Part shown: piece after piece, positions 8,373 through 18,099 of the stretch
Position numbering within the stretch: position 1 is the first letter of the stretch
Layout of the letters: the number at the start of each line of letters is the position of its first letter
Assembly (NCBI GenBank): GCA_964636815.1
Contig: CAZWTF010000006.1
Coordinates: 8,461-72,460, forward strand
Reading direction: 5' to 3'
From: an uncultured Pseudomonadota bacterium
GTDB taxonomy: Bacteria > Babelota > Babeliae > Babelales > Vermiphilaceae
Length of the DNA: 64,000 nucleotides
The notes under the pieces: generated by a model
Told to the model about the DNA's origin: nothing
What the model saw: only the letters and a program-made list of their open reading frames with translations
Databases searched by the model: none
Made by a program: the position numbers and the translations under genes

Positions 8373-9752
8373 ATGAAATTAGTCGGTCAACAGTATGAAA
8401 AAGTATATGCAATTGTTGCAGCAATTGCTCAGAACAAAGGACGTGCACTTTTAGTTGGCGGTGCAGTACGTGATATGGTAATGGGCCGTCCTGTTAAAGA
8501 CGTGGACATAGAAGTATATGGGCTATTGGAACAACAGCTTGAAGAGCTGCTTAAAGAATTTGGCCCTGTGAGTTTGGTGGGGAAAGCATTTGGTGTTTTT
8601 CGTATTCATGGTCTTGATGTTGATTGGTCTCTGCCCCGTGCAGATAGCCCAGGGCGCAAGCCAACGGTAGTGATTGATCCATTTATGTCAGTTGAGGCTG
8701 CTGCACGTCGTAGGGATCTGACAATGAATGCTATGTCATTTGATATAATGACAGATCAGTTCATTGATCCGTGTAATGGAATGCGTGATATCAAAGAGAA
8801 AATATTGCGAACACCCGATGCACGTTTTTTTGTTCAAGATCCATTGCGTTTTTATCGAGTGATGCAGTTTATTGGGCGTTTTGAGATGTACCCTGATGAT
8901 GCATTGAATCAGTTGTGTAGAGAAATGGATATTACGCAGATTTCACGTGAAAGAATTGAAGAGGAGTTTAAAAAACTGTTTTTACATTCACAACGTCCAT
9001 CGCTTGGTATTCGGTGGTTACGTAAAATTGGACGTTTACACGATGTACTACCAGAGCTTGCAGCTACAGTTGATATTGAGCAAAATCCGCAATGGCATCC
9101 TGAAGGGGATGTATTTGAGCATACCATGCAATCTATTGATGCTGCTGTAGGCTTGATAGGTAAGTATAATAATGAGTTTGATAAGTTAGTGTTATGTTAC
9201 GCAGCGCTTTGTCATGACTTGGGAAAAGTAACAACTACCACAGAAGTTAATGGTGTTATTAAAAGTATAGGTCATGAAAAAGAGAGCAAAACGTTTGCTC
9301 GCAGCATGCTAAAGCGTATTACGCATAATGTTGATTTGATTAATGCTGTGTCATCATTGGTGTTATATCACATGACTCCGCTGCAGTTTACCAGCAGCAA
9401 TGCAAAGTTGCCTGCGTACAAAAGGTTAGCAAATAAATTGTCACACAATGTAAATTTGTTGATGTTGATTGATTTGTGTATTGCAGATAAACGTGGCAGA
9501 AATGGTAATAGTCATGAACCTTTAACGTGTGACTTTCCTGATGTGGAGCTGTTTAAGGAAAAAGTGTTACAAGCAGGTGTTTCTACAGGTAAAGTTGAGC
9601 CTGTATTAAAAGGGGCGGATATTCTTGATATCGTCCAACCAGGACCACAAATGGGACGATTATTGGATGCGGCATATGAAAAGCAGATTGATGAAGGTGT
9701 TGCTGATAAAAATGTTTTAAAAGAGTATGTGAGGAAGATGGCCAAGAAGTAG
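8373..9752 (+). CDS. cca: CCA-adding tRNA nucleotidyltransferase with HD domain
   Basis: GGAVRD..x..DVDIEV polymerase-beta motif, RRDLTMNA, and HD-domain signature CHDLGK. Confidence 0.85.
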   Translation: MKLVGQQYEKVYAIVAAIAQNKGRALLVGGAVRDMVMGRPVKDVDIEVYGLLEQQLEELLKEFGPVSLVGKAFGVFRIHGLDVDWSLPRADSPGRKPTVVIDPFMSVEAAARRRDLTMNAMSFDIMTDQFIDPCNGMRDIKEKILRTPDARFFVQDPLRFYRVMQFIGRFEMYPDDALNQLCREMDITQISRERIEEEFKKLFLHSQRPSLGIRWLRKIGRLHDVLPELAATVDIEQNPQWHPEGDVFEHTMQSIDAAVGLIGKYNNEFDKLVLCYAALCHDLGKVTTTTEVNGVIKSIGHEKESKTFARSMLKRITHNVDLINAVSSLVLYHMTPLQFTSSNAKLPAYKRLANKLSHNVNLLMLIDLCIADKRGRNGNSHEPLTCDFPDVELFKEKVLQAGVSTGKVEPVLKGADILDIVQPGPQMGRLLDAAYEKQIDEGVADKNVLKEYVRKMAKK

Positions 9753-9828
9753 TTGTGTTTTTATTGTTAAAAGCTATATTTATGTAATAAATTTGCGGAA
9801 TATATAATTAATAAAATGAAGGTTTATC

Positions 9829-10293
9829 ATGAATATAGTGTATAAAAAAGCATCAGCATTGGTTTTTTCTGTCATTGTAACAACCTCTGCATATGGCATT
9901 GAAAATGACAATATGACAGATACAGCAACACAACCAGTAGCTTCTGTTGCTTGGTATAAAAAAGGTTCGGTGCAAGCTGCAGCGGTTACAGCAACATTGG
10001 CAGTTATAGGATATGTTTTTGCAGTACGCACATGTAGGGTAATGCTGCCAGCATTTATGACAAGTGTAGTTACAGAAAATTCTACTCAAAGCAATGAAGG
10101 TACAACTAACTCTCAAATCAGCGATGATATTCAGGTAGTTGATGCGAGTAATGATGTTCAACTAGTTGCGGAGAAAACTGTAGATACAGCTTTAGATTTT
10201 GATGTAAAGAAAATGGCAGAGAAGTTTGTTGCAGAAGCTACAAAAGTTGTATCATCAGAAAAAAAGATGAAAAAGATCTTTGAAGAATTATAA
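9829..10293 (+). CDS. Hypothetical secreted/membrane protein
   Basis: Signal peptide, one further hydrophobic helix and an acidic C-terminus. No family recognised. Confidence 0.4.
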   Translation: MNIVYKKASALVFSVIVTTSAYGIENDNMTDTATQPVASVAWYKKGSVQAAAVTATLAVIGYVFAVRTCRVMLPAFMTSVVTENSTQSNEGTTNSQISDDIQVVDASNDVQLVAEKTVDTALDFDVKKMAEKFVAEATKVVSSEKKMKKIFEEL

Positions 10294-10320
10294 TTAATTT
10301 TTTTCAGTAATTTAAGTATA

Positions 10321-10367
10321 AAAAGCGTGTTTTTGGCTCAGGGGGGGCTAAAAGACACGCTTTTTTT
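10321..10367 (+). terminator. Rho-independent terminator
   Basis: Stem GCGTGT(TTTT)/(AAAAG)ACACGC followed by a T7 run. Confidence 0.6.
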
Positions 10368-10466
10368 ATGTCTATCGAAATATTCATATTTGTGCTAAAA
10401 TATATTTCTATAGTTATAGCTATTAAATTATTGTTTAAAATTATCTTATTGTGCTCGTCAGCTTAC

Positions 10467-10498
10467 TCCATCTTTGATTTCTTTTTGATGGGGACCCC
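10467..10498 (-). repeat. Partial copy of dispersed palindromic repeat family 1 (second-hairpin half)
   Basis: The reverse complement GGGGTCCCCATCAAAAAGAAATCAAAGATGGAG aligns with GGGGTCCCCATCGAAAGGAACCGAAGATGGGG at 47507..47538. Confidence 0.55.
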
Positions 10499-10526
10499 GG
10501 CTGGAGCAATGCGGAAGTTTGCGAAA

Positions 10527-12179
10527 ATGAACAGTATTGACCATATTCAAAAAGCGTTTAATGAACACATTAAGACGTTATTCGCTGGGCACGAATTGTC
10601 CCAAGATCACTCCCGGTTACATATTAATGTTGATGAATCAAAGCAGGCATTCGGTAATCTTTCAACTAATGTTGCGCTTGTCCTTGCTAAGGCCTTAAAA
10701 CGTGTTCCTCGCGAGGTGGCAACAGAGATTGCAAGTTCATTTACTCATCCTTTAATACAAAAAGTTGAAGTAGCTGGTCCAGGTTTTATTAATATTTACT
10801 TTAAGACAGAGACATTTAAGCTACTTGCGCAGGAGCTTTATGAACAAAAAGAGAAATTTTTTAGACCTGATAGTTTAGAAAAAAAATATAATATTTCTCT
10901 TGAATTTGTGAGTGCAAATCCAACAGGGCCATTACATTTTGGTCATGGTAGAGGTGGAATTATAGGCGATGTGCTTGGTAACGTCCTTCGCTTTGTAGGT
11001 CATAATGTTACTAAAGAGTTTTATATCAATGACGCAGGTAATCAGATACAAAAACTTGGTGAATCATTTAAGGTACGCTGCTTGCAAGCGGCTGGTACAG
11101 ATGCAGTAATTCCAGAAGATGGATATCATGGGCAATATTTAGCTGACCTTGCGCAAGATTGTTACGGTGAACTTGGAGAAAAACTCTTTGAAAAACCGGA
11201 CTCTTTTTTTGCCGGATATGCTAAAGAGAATTTACTTGAGGCGATAAAAAGCACACTCAAAGATTATGGCATTGAATATGATGTTTGGTTTTCTGAAAAG
11301 TCATTACATGCAAGTGATGCAATTCCCAAAGCATTAAAAGTGTTGCAGCAACATGGGTTGCTTTTTGAACAAGACGGCGCTCTGTGGTTTAAAACAACAC
11401 AATTTGGTGATGATAAAGATCGTGTGGTGCAAAAATCAACGGGTGAATACACCTATATTGCTGCAGACATTGCGTATTTACAAAATAAGATTGATCGTGG
11501 GGCCGATAATTTGATGATGATTCTTGGGCACGATCATCACAGTTATGTGATGCGTCTTAATGCGGTTAAAAATGGTTTAGGTTATACCGATTTGCCTCTT
11601 TCAGTACTTTTGTATCAGCTTGTTAAAATATCAGAAGGTGGAGCATTGGTGCGTATGTCAAAACGGACAGGTGCCATTGTTGGGCTGCAAGATATTATTG
11701 ATACAGTTGGCAAAGATGTTGCTCGGTTTTTTTATTTAAATCGTAAAGCGGATGCGCAGCTTGAGTTTGATCTTGATTTGGCACTTAAAAAAACAGAAGA
11801 AAATCCGGTTTATTACGTGCAGTATGCATACGTACGTACGGGAAGTATTTTGGCAAAAGCAGCTCAGCAAAATCAGTTAAGCAATATTACTGCTACAGAT
11901 GCGCAGCATATTGGTCAAGAAGAAGCATTTTTACTTAAAAAGATAGTGTTTCTTGAGCAACTTTTGATGGATATTACCGTGAATCATCAGACGCACTTAC
12001 TGACTTATTATGTGCTTGAGCTTGCACAGTTATTCCACCGGTATTATAGTCATGTACGGGTTATTGATCTGGAAAATATTGAAAAAAGCCGTGCTCGTTT
12101 GCTGATGATCGGTTTGTTGAGAAATACGATTGCGCTTGTTTTGGATATTCTTGGGGTTAGTCATCCAGAAAAAATGTAA
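10527..12179 (+). CDS. argS: Arginyl-tRNA synthetase
   Basis: Class I HIGH-type SANPTGPLHFGHGRG and MSKRTG motifs. ATG 10527 was chosen because the upstream part of ORF 10368.. covers a terminator T-run and a repeat fragment. Confidence 0.9.
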   Translation: MNSIDHIQKAFNEHIKTLFAGHELSQDHSRLHINVDESKQAFGNLSTNVALVLAKALKRVPREVATEIASSFTHPLIQKVEVAGPGFINIYFKTETFKLLAQELYEQKEKFFRPDSLEKKYNISLEFVSANPTGPLHFGHGRGGIIGDVLGNVLRFVGHNVTKEFYINDAGNQIQKLGESFKVRCLQAAGTDAVIPEDGYHGQYLADLAQDCYGELGEKLFEKPDSFFAGYAKENLLEAIKSTLKDYGIEYDVWFSEKSLHASDAIPKALKVLQQHGLLFEQDGALWFKTTQFGDDKDRVVQKSTGEYTYIAADIAYLQNKIDRGADNLMMILGHDHHSYVMRLNAVKNGLGYTDLPLSVLLYQLVKISEGGALVRMSKRTGAIVGLQDIIDTVGKDVARFFYLNRKADAQLEFDLDLALKKTEENPVYYVQYAYVRTGSILAKAAQQNQLSNITATDAQHIGQEEAFLLKKIVFLEQLLMDITVNHQTHLLTYYVLELAQLFHRYYSHVRVIDLENIEKSRARLLMIGLLRNTIALVLDILGVSHPEKM

Positions 12180-12249
12180 CATATTGATAAAAAGCCTATT
12201 TGTGGCACAATTAAAATATAAGAATATATACAATATATAGGAAGATTTT

Positions 12250-12843
12250 ATGAAAATAGATAAAGAAGTATTGCAAGAATTAAGAGATCATACAGGTCTT
12301 GGTCTTATGGATTGTCGTAAAGCGTTGGAAGAAACAGGTGGAGATTTCCAACAAGCGTTAGATTTGCTTCGTAAAAAAGGCGCATCAGTAGCTGCTAAGC
12401 GCGCTGACAAAGAAACTGGTGAAGGTCTTATCAAAGCATACATTCACCCAGGCGATCGTCTTGGTGTTTTGCTTGAAATTAACTGTGAAACTGACTTTGT
12501 TGCGAATACAGAGGCTGTAAGACAGTTTGCACAAGATCTTTGTTTACAAATCGTTGCAAATAAAGCTATGTATGTATCTTCTGAAAATGTTGATCAAGAT
12601 TTATTAGCAAAAGAAAGAGAAATCTTCAGAGCCCAAATGGTAGATTCAGGTAAACCTGATAAGATTATTGACCAAGTGGTTGACGGTAAAATTAAAAAAC
12701 TTTACAGCGATATTTGTCTTCTTGAACAACCATTTATCAAAAATGATCAGTTCACAGTTAAACAAGTATTGGAAGATTTAATTGCTAAAACTGGTGAAAG
12801 TGTACGTATTAGAAGATTTTGCCGTTTTGAATTAGGCAAGTAA
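12250..12843 (+). CDS. tsf: Elongation factor Ts (short ~197 aa form)
   Basis: N-terminal UBA-like LRDHTGLGLMDCRKALEETGGDFQQALDLLRKKG and the core block LLEINCETDFVA. Confidence 0.9.
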   Translation: MKIDKEVLQELRDHTGLGLMDCRKALEETGGDFQQALDLLRKKGASVAAKRADKETGEGLIKAYIHPGDRLGVLLEINCETDFVANTEAVRQFAQDLCLQIVANKAMYVSSENVDQDLLAKEREIFRAQMVDSGKPDKIIDQVVDGKIKKLYSDICLLEQPFIKNDQFTVKQVLEDLIAKTGESVRIRRFCRFELGK

Positions 12844-12857
12844 TAAAAGGCACTATT

Positions 12858-13445
12858 ATGTCAGAGATTATTTTAATAGAAAATGATGTGAAAAGTTTCC
12901 AAAAACCAATGGAAACTGAAATGGAAAATCCGCTCAAACATTTTGAGCGTGAATTGGTAAAAATTCGTACAGGTAGAGCACATACATCAATGATAGAAGA
13001 TATTCCTGTTATGGTGTATGGACAAGATGCAATGCCGTTAAAAGGTCTTGGGACTGTTTCTGCTCCTGATGCTCGTTTATTGACGGTGCAACCATGGGAT
13101 TCATCAATTATTCCTGATATTGAAAAAGCAATTGCTGCAGCAGGGGTTGGAATATCTCCAGTGAATGATGGCAAAATTATTAGATTGCGTCTTCCTGAAA
13201 TGAGTTCTGAACGCCGTGAAGAGTTGGTAAAAATGCTTCATAAAAAACTTGAAGAATCTCGTGTTACCATCAGAAACGTTCGTAAAGATTTTAAAAACAT
13301 CATTACTGATGCTAAAAAAGATAAGAAAATTTCTGAAAACTTTTACAATAGATTAGAAGAAGTATTACAAAAAATTACTGATCTATATATTGAAAAAGTT
13401 GAGACAATGTCTAAGAAGAAAGAAGTAGAACTATCTACGGTATAA
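12858..13445 (+). CDS. frr: Ribosome recycling factor
   Basis: LVKIRTGRAHTSM, VQPWD, PVNDG..IRL.LPE.SSERREEL blocks. Confidence 0.9.
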   Translation: MSEIILIENDVKSFQKPMETEMENPLKHFERELVKIRTGRAHTSMIEDIPVMVYGQDAMPLKGLGTVSAPDARLLTVQPWDSSIIPDIEKAIAAAGVGISPVNDGKIIRLRLPEMSSERREELVKMLHKKLEESRVTIRNVRKDFKNIITDAKKDKKISENFYNRLEEVLQKITDLYIEKVETMSKKKEVELSTV

Positions 13446-13472
13446 ACTTTCTGAAGTAGAATTATATTAAAA

Positions 13473-13509
13473 GCGAGTGATTATTTTTATAATCGCTCGC
13501 TTTTTTTTT
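13473..13509 (+). terminator. Rho-independent terminator after frr
   Basis: Stem GCGAGTGATTAT/ATAATCGCTCGC followed by a T9 run. Confidence 0.7.
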
Positions 13510-13548
13510 GTAATAAGATGTAAGGTAACAAAAAAAAGGAGGCCGTAT

Positions 13549-14703
13549 ATGAAAAAAATAATGATATTAATGTTTTTAATGGCAGGATCTGTTGATGCTA
13601 AAGTGGTGAGGCAAACGAGACCGGCGGTAACGGTGCCAACGCGTCCTGTTGTAATACCAACCCAAATGCCTCCTGTTATAATGCCAGCTCCAAGAATCAT
13701 TTCTGTACCAACAATTGATCAGGGCGCTATAATAAAAAGATTAGATGATCAGCTGAATTCGCCGGTTGAATCCGCATGGAATGATAGAATTAATGATATT
13801 TTTGATCTTGCAATGATAGATCGAGACTTAGCTCGAGATTATTTTGTAAAAATGAGATCAAAAATGGGAAGTCCAGACGTGAAGTCTATTCAAGTTGAAG
13901 AAAAAGTAGTGTCCACGTTGCCAGCTGGTGAAGAGCCAATGAAAAGAGCTACAGGAAAACCTGCGCCTTCGCGCAAACCGGCTGTGCTAAAAGAAGGGAC
14001 AATTGGAATGGCTCAAACTGAAGTTCCATCAGGCGAAGAAATGAAAAAAGGTGCACTGCCTGCTCCAAAAAAAGGTGCTCCAAGAGGTGGACCAGCTAAA
14101 AATATTGGCGTAAAAACTGAAGTAGCACAACCAGGAGTTCCTACTAAAGCTGCGCCCAAAGTTGAACAAGTCTTTAGCGCATCCAAGTTACAAGAGTTGG
14201 ATAATGATAAGCTTGTTGAGATATTTAACGATCTTTTAGAGAAATTGGGAACTGTATTAAGTAATTGGAATGGAAAGGCCGTTGAAAGAGTAGAAGAAAA
14301 AACGAAACATGGTTATAAAGTCTATAACGTGTATGGAGCTCCGGATACACAATGGAAAAGCCGTTCTGATACATTAAAGAAAGTTCTTATTGCTAAGAAT
14401 GTTATGCCGCAAGCAGATATTGAACAAAAAATAGCTGACCGAATAATACAAGTAAGAGCTGAAAAAACTGTAAAACCTATAGTGATTGCTCAACCAGAAG
14501 AAAAGCCAAAAGAAGAGTTAACAGAAGAAGATTTGGTAAGATTGATCAAAGTACAATTTGCTGAACCTAAAGCAGATCAAATCGGTTGGGTTGTTTCAGT
14601 AAAACGTAACATAAGAGCGCTTGACCAATTAAATCATGCTTCAGCAATGGAATATCATGATAAATTTATCCAACTTACAAAAGAAAAGCCATTTTTGAAA
14701 TAG
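13549..14703 (+). CDS. Hypothetical secreted protein with Pro-rich N-terminal linker
   Basis: ATG 13549 is preceded by AAGGAGG. Signal peptide MKKIMILMFLMAGSVDA, then a P/V/T-rich spacer. No family recognised. Confidence 0.5.
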   Translation: MKKIMILMFLMAGSVDAKVVRQTRPAVTVPTRPVVIPTQMPPVIMPAPRIISVPTIDQGAIIKRLDDQLNSPVESAWNDRINDIFDLAMIDRDLARDYFVKMRSKMGSPDVKSIQVEEKVVSTLPAGEEPMKRATGKPAPSRKPAVLKEGTIGMAQTEVPSGEEMKKGALPAPKKGAPRGGPAKNIGVKTEVAQPGVPTKAAPKVEQVFSASKLQELDNDKLVEIFNDLLEKLGTVLSNWNGKAVERVEEKTKHGYKVYNVYGAPDTQWKSRSDTLKKVLIAKNVMPQADIEQKIADRIIQVRAEKTVKPIVIAQPEEKPKEELTEEDLVRLIKVQFAEPKADQIGWVVSVKRNIRALDQLNHASAMEYHDKFIQLTKEKPFLK

Positions 14704-14756
14704 GGCCTTTATTTTATTTAAATTTGTGGTACATTATTAACTATATTTTGATCTTT

Positions 14757-14832
14757 GGGTTGCTAGCTCAATTGGCAGAGCAACAGACTCTTAATCTGTG
14801 GGTTCTTGGTTCGAGTCCAAGGCAGCCCACCA
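14757..14832 (+). tRNA. tRNA-Lys (anticodon CTT), encoded CCA
   Basis: Cloverleaf: acceptor GGGTTGC/GCAGCCC, D stem GCTC/GAGC, anticodon stem ACAGA/TCTGT with loop CTCTTAA, T arm CTTGG-TTCGAGT-CCAAG. Confidence 0.9.
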
Positions 14833-14858
14833 CCAAAATAGTTTTGAAATAAAATAAT

Positions 14859-14943
14859 GCAAGAGTGGCGGAATTGGCAGACGCGCTGGACTTAGGATCC
14901 AGTACCGAAAGGTGTGTGGGTTCAACTCCCTCCTCTTGCACCA
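14859..14943 (+). tRNA. tRNA-Leu (anticodon TAG), encoded CCA
   Basis: Acceptor GCAAGAG/CTCTTGC, anticodon stem CTGGA/TCCAG with loop CTTAGGA, and a long variable arm. Confidence 0.9.
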
Positions 14944-14972
14944 AAAAAATACCTCAAAGAAAAAGAAAACTT

Positions 14973-14998
14973 AGATTGGCGAAAGCCAATCTTTTTTT
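14973..14998 (+). terminator. Rho-independent terminator after the tRNA pair
   Basis: AGATTGGC-gaaa-GCCAATCT followed by a T7 run. Confidence 0.75.
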
Positions 14999-15092
14999 AT
15001 GTCTTATCTCCATTCACATTTCAAATATACCCTTGCAAATTTTAACTAAGTGATGCAGTCTTGAAAAAAAAAGTTTTAAGGAGGCGTTGCAA

Positions 15093-16412
15093 ATGAAGCA
15101 AAAAATTACGTTGGATAATAGCTCTTTTTTGAGTATAGAACATAATTATGACCAATCTAGTTTGTGTCGAGCAACTATAACGGTTGCCAAATCTTTAATA
15201 AATACCTTTTTTGATGAAACTGTTGTTGCGTTGAAAAGTAATATTCAAGCATATGGATTTCAGCAAGGAGAGGTTCCGATAGAATATATTGGTAAGCAAT
15301 ATAAGTTGAATATTACAGAACATTTGAAAGAGTTTTTTTTAAAGTTTGGTATTATCAATTTTCTTTTTCAAGAAATAAGATCGCAAAAACTACTTGTTGC
15401 AGGTGATCCTCGCCTTGTGGATATTTTTTTAGAGTATGGCCAAGATGCTCGTTTTGTTTTTGAGTTAAGTGTTTTCCCCATGATTGCTTTGAATGAATGG
15501 AAATATTTTCCTTTTAAAGCGCCGCATAGAAAAAATTACAAAGATCTCGACCGTCAAGTAGAAACATTTGTTCAAGAAGAGGAAAAAAATTTAGAGAAAT
15601 ATAGTGTTGATAAAGGTATATCAATTGGTGATTGGGTAAATTTTACTGTTTCAGTTGTTAATAATAAAAATACATTGTTGAATGAGGGTTTTACACAAAG
15701 TTTTTGGTTAAAACTTGATAATGAAGATGTTGAAGGACATTTACAGTTTCTTTTTATTGGCAAAAAGAAAGGTGATGAATTTATTGTTAGCAATAAGGGC
15801 TTACAAGATTATTTTAGTGATCAATTGCGCGTTTCTTATAATTTTAAAATTCATGTTGTTGATATTATACCGCATGCTTATTTTTGTTTTGATCAATTTA
15901 AAGATCATTTTAGAGTAAAAACTAATAAAGATATGCATAAAAAATTGATTGAAGTTTTTTCATATCGTAATGATGTTTCACAACGTCTTGCGATGGTTGA
16001 AGAAGCATTTAAACTGCTGTTATCGCGGCATCGTTTTTTTGCACCAAACTATCTTGTTTTACGGCAACAAAAAATAATTTTAGGTGCAATTCAGTCTAAT
16101 CCTGATTATAATGTGTATAGAAAACAAAAGGACTTTAATTTTTGGATTCAACAGTTAGCTGAAAAACAAGTAAAAGAAACATTACTTATTGATCAGCTGA
16201 TTTATCGTGAAAACATAGTTGTTACGCATGAAGATATAGTAAATTACTTAAATTTAGATAAACGACAACGCATGCGAGAATTTATTTATTTTGGTTTACC
16301 AGAATCAAAACATTACGGACAAGAAATGCCGTTGGTAACAAATGAATTAAGCCGTGTGTGTGCGCGTGAAAAAGCTATTAATTATGTAATTTATTATTTA
16401 ACTAAAAAATAA
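15093..16412 (+). CDS. tig: Trigger factor (divergent)
   Basis: About 440 aa. The N-terminal domain carries YGFQQGEVP, matching the trigger-factor ribosome-binding signature GFRxGxxP. AAGGAGG lies 8 nt upstream of ATG 15093. Confidence 0.6.
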   Translation: MKQKITLDNSSFLSIEHNYDQSSLCRATITVAKSLINTFFDETVVALKSNIQAYGFQQGEVPIEYIGKQYKLNITEHLKEFFLKFGIINFLFQEIRSQKLLVAGDPRLVDIFLEYGQDARFVFELSVFPMIALNEWKYFPFKAPHRKNYKDLDRQVETFVQEEEKNLEKYSVDKGISIGDWVNFTVSVVNNKNTLLNEGFTQSFWLKLDNEDVEGHLQFLFIGKKKGDEFIVSNKGLQDYFSDQLRVSYNFKIHVVDIIPHAYFCFDQFKDHFRVKTNKDMHKKLIEVFSYRNDVSQRLAMVEEAFKLLLSRHRFFAPNYLVLRQQKIILGAIQSNPDYNVYRKQKDFNFWIQQLAEKQVKETLLIDQLIYRENIVVTHEDIVNYLNLDKRQRMREFIYFGLPESKHYGQEMPLVTNELSRVCAREKAINYVIYYLTKK

Positions 16413-16437
16413 ATATTAATTTAAAAGAAAAGCATCG

Positions 16438-17367
16438 ATGGAAAGCAAAACTCATAAACTTATTATTGTTGGTTCAGGACCTGCAGGATTAACCGCTGCT
16501 ATTTATGCGGCCCGTGCAAATCTTGAACCAATTATTATTGATGGAGATACCCCTGGTGGGCAATTGATCAAAACATCATATGTTGAAAATTGGCCGGGAG
16601 AAAAAAGTATTCTTGGACCACAATTGATGATGAATATGCGTGATCATGCAAAACATTTTGGTACTCAATTTGTATCAGGGATTGTGACAAAGGTGGATTT
16701 TTCTCAGCAACCATTTTCTTTTACTATAGATAATAAAAAAACATTACAATCTCATGCCGTGATTATTGCAACGGGAGCAACTCCAAAACGTCTTGGAGTT
16801 CCTGGTGAAGATCAATATTGGGGCAAGGGTGTTACAACCTGTGCAGTGTGTGATGGCGCTTTCTATAAAGATAGAAAAGTGATTGTTATCGGTGGTGGTG
16901 ATACAGCTATGGAAGATGCATCGTTTTTGAAAAAATTTACCAATGATATCACCATTATTCATATTCTAGATAAATTTACTGCATCTCATGCAATGCAACA
17001 GCGTGTTATTAGTGATCCTGATATTAAGGTTTATTATACCAGCACTGTTACTGAAATCCATGGTGATAACCAGACGGTTACGGGTGTTACGATGGTTAAC
17101 CAGCTTGATGGAAAAGAAACGCAGCTTGAGGCAGATGGTATATTTATTGCCGTGGGATTAAGTCCAAATTCTGCTCCATTTAAAGATTATATCAAGTGTA
17201 ATAAAGGTGGTTGGATAGAAGTGTCTGATCAAACGAGTGCCAATATTAAGGGTGTGTTTGTTGCTGGTGATGTGCATGATTATCGTTATCGTCAAGCGAT
17301 AACCTCTGCAGGTGCTGGATGTATGGCAGCACTTGATGCAGAACGTTACTTATCTGAAATTGAGTGA
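16438..17367 (+). CDS. trxB: Thioredoxin reductase
   Basis: GSGPAG FAD site, redox-active CAVCDG, GGGDTAMEDA NADPH site. Confidence 0.9.
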   Translation: MESKTHKLIIVGSGPAGLTAAIYAARANLEPIIIDGDTPGGQLIKTSYVENWPGEKSILGPQLMMNMRDHAKHFGTQFVSGIVTKVDFSQQPFSFTIDNKKTLQSHAVIIATGATPKRLGVPGEDQYWGKGVTTCAVCDGAFYKDRKVIVIGGGDTAMEDASFLKKFTNDITIIHILDKFTASHAMQQRVISDPDIKVYYTSTVTEIHGDNQTVTGVTMVNQLDGKETQLEADGIFIAVGLSPNSAPFKDYIKCNKGGWIEVSDQTSANIKGVFVAGDVHDYRYRQAITSAGAGCMAALDAERYLSEIE

Positions 17368-17393
17368 TTATATATATTTTTTTAAGGGGCTTC

Positions 17394-17660
17394 ATGATTA
17401 AGAAATTGCAGCTTGTAGCACTAGGATGGGTAGTTTTTCAAGGAACAGGTCTTGTTGCTATGGACAATAATGCTTTAAAAAAAGCGTTAACTTGCTCACA
17501 GGAAGCAAGAAAAGAAGTTGAAATAAGAGTAGCATTACAGCGCTTACAACAAGAAAAAAAACATTTCCCGTCTTCTGTGCCGTATTACGTTGTTACAGAA
17601 AAGCGCGATTGGTCAGCAGAATTAGAGAAAAACCCCCATCTTGCATGGATGCCGATTTAA
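17394..17660 (+). CDS. Small secreted protein (paralog of the next gene)
   Basis: MIKKLQLVALGWVVFQGTGLVAMD signal peptide. Paralogous to 17670..18002. Confidence 0.45.
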   Translation: MIKKLQLVALGWVVFQGTGLVAMDNNALKKALTCSQEARKEVEIRVALQRLQQEKKHFPSSVPYYVVTEKRDWSAELEKNPHLAWMPI

Positions 17661-17669
17661 GGAATTTTT

Positions 17670-18002
17670 ATGTTTAAGAGATTGCAGCTTGTTGTATTAG
17701 CAGCGGTAGTTTTGCAGGTAGCGGGTATGAGTGCTATGGATAAGGCTCCAAATTCCCCAAGAAAGATTACCAATTCACCAAGAAATTTAAAACATTCACT
17801 TTCTCGTTCGCAAGAGGTAAGACGGAGCGATAGTGATGATTTTGCAGTAGTAAAAGGGCTGAAGCGTTCTCTTGAGGTACGTAAAGAAGAGAGAAAGAAT
17901 ACACCGTACGTGTATTATCCATGGCCTGGGGGTAATCCAGAGGTCTGTCCTCGTCAGGAAAACGTAACGGATCACATGAAGCCATGGTATCCATATGTTT
18001 AG
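17670..18002 (+). CDS. Small secreted protein (paralog of the previous gene)
   Basis: MFKRLQLVVLAAVVLQVAGMSAMD signal peptide. Shares S(R/C)SQE(A/V)R and a Pro/aromatic C-terminus with the previous gene. Confidence 0.45.
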   Translation: MFKRLQLVVLAAVVLQVAGMSAMDKAPNSPRKITNSPRNLKHSLSRSQEVRRSDSDDFAVVKGLKRSLEVRKEERKNTPYVYYPWPGGNPEVCPRQENVTDHMKPWYPYV

Positions 18003-18037
18003 CATATTCAGATAGAACTTTGGTTTAAGGTAAAAAT

Positions 18038-18066
18038 TTGAAATTAAATCATTTTTGCTTTAGAAT
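18038..18066 (+). promoter_or_regulatory. Putative sigma70-type promoter for rpmH-rnpA-yidD
   Basis: TTGAAA, a 17-nt spacer, then TAGAAT. The -10 ends 34 nt upstream of the rpmH ATG. Confidence 0.45.
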
Positions 18067-18099
18067 AGAGATATAAGTTGATTTATAGCGGAGAAGATT

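Noticed and set aside
14865-15053. 62-aa ORF in the six-frame track
   Set aside because: It lies entirely over tRNA-Leu(TAG) and its terminator. It is an artefact of translating a structured RNA gene.
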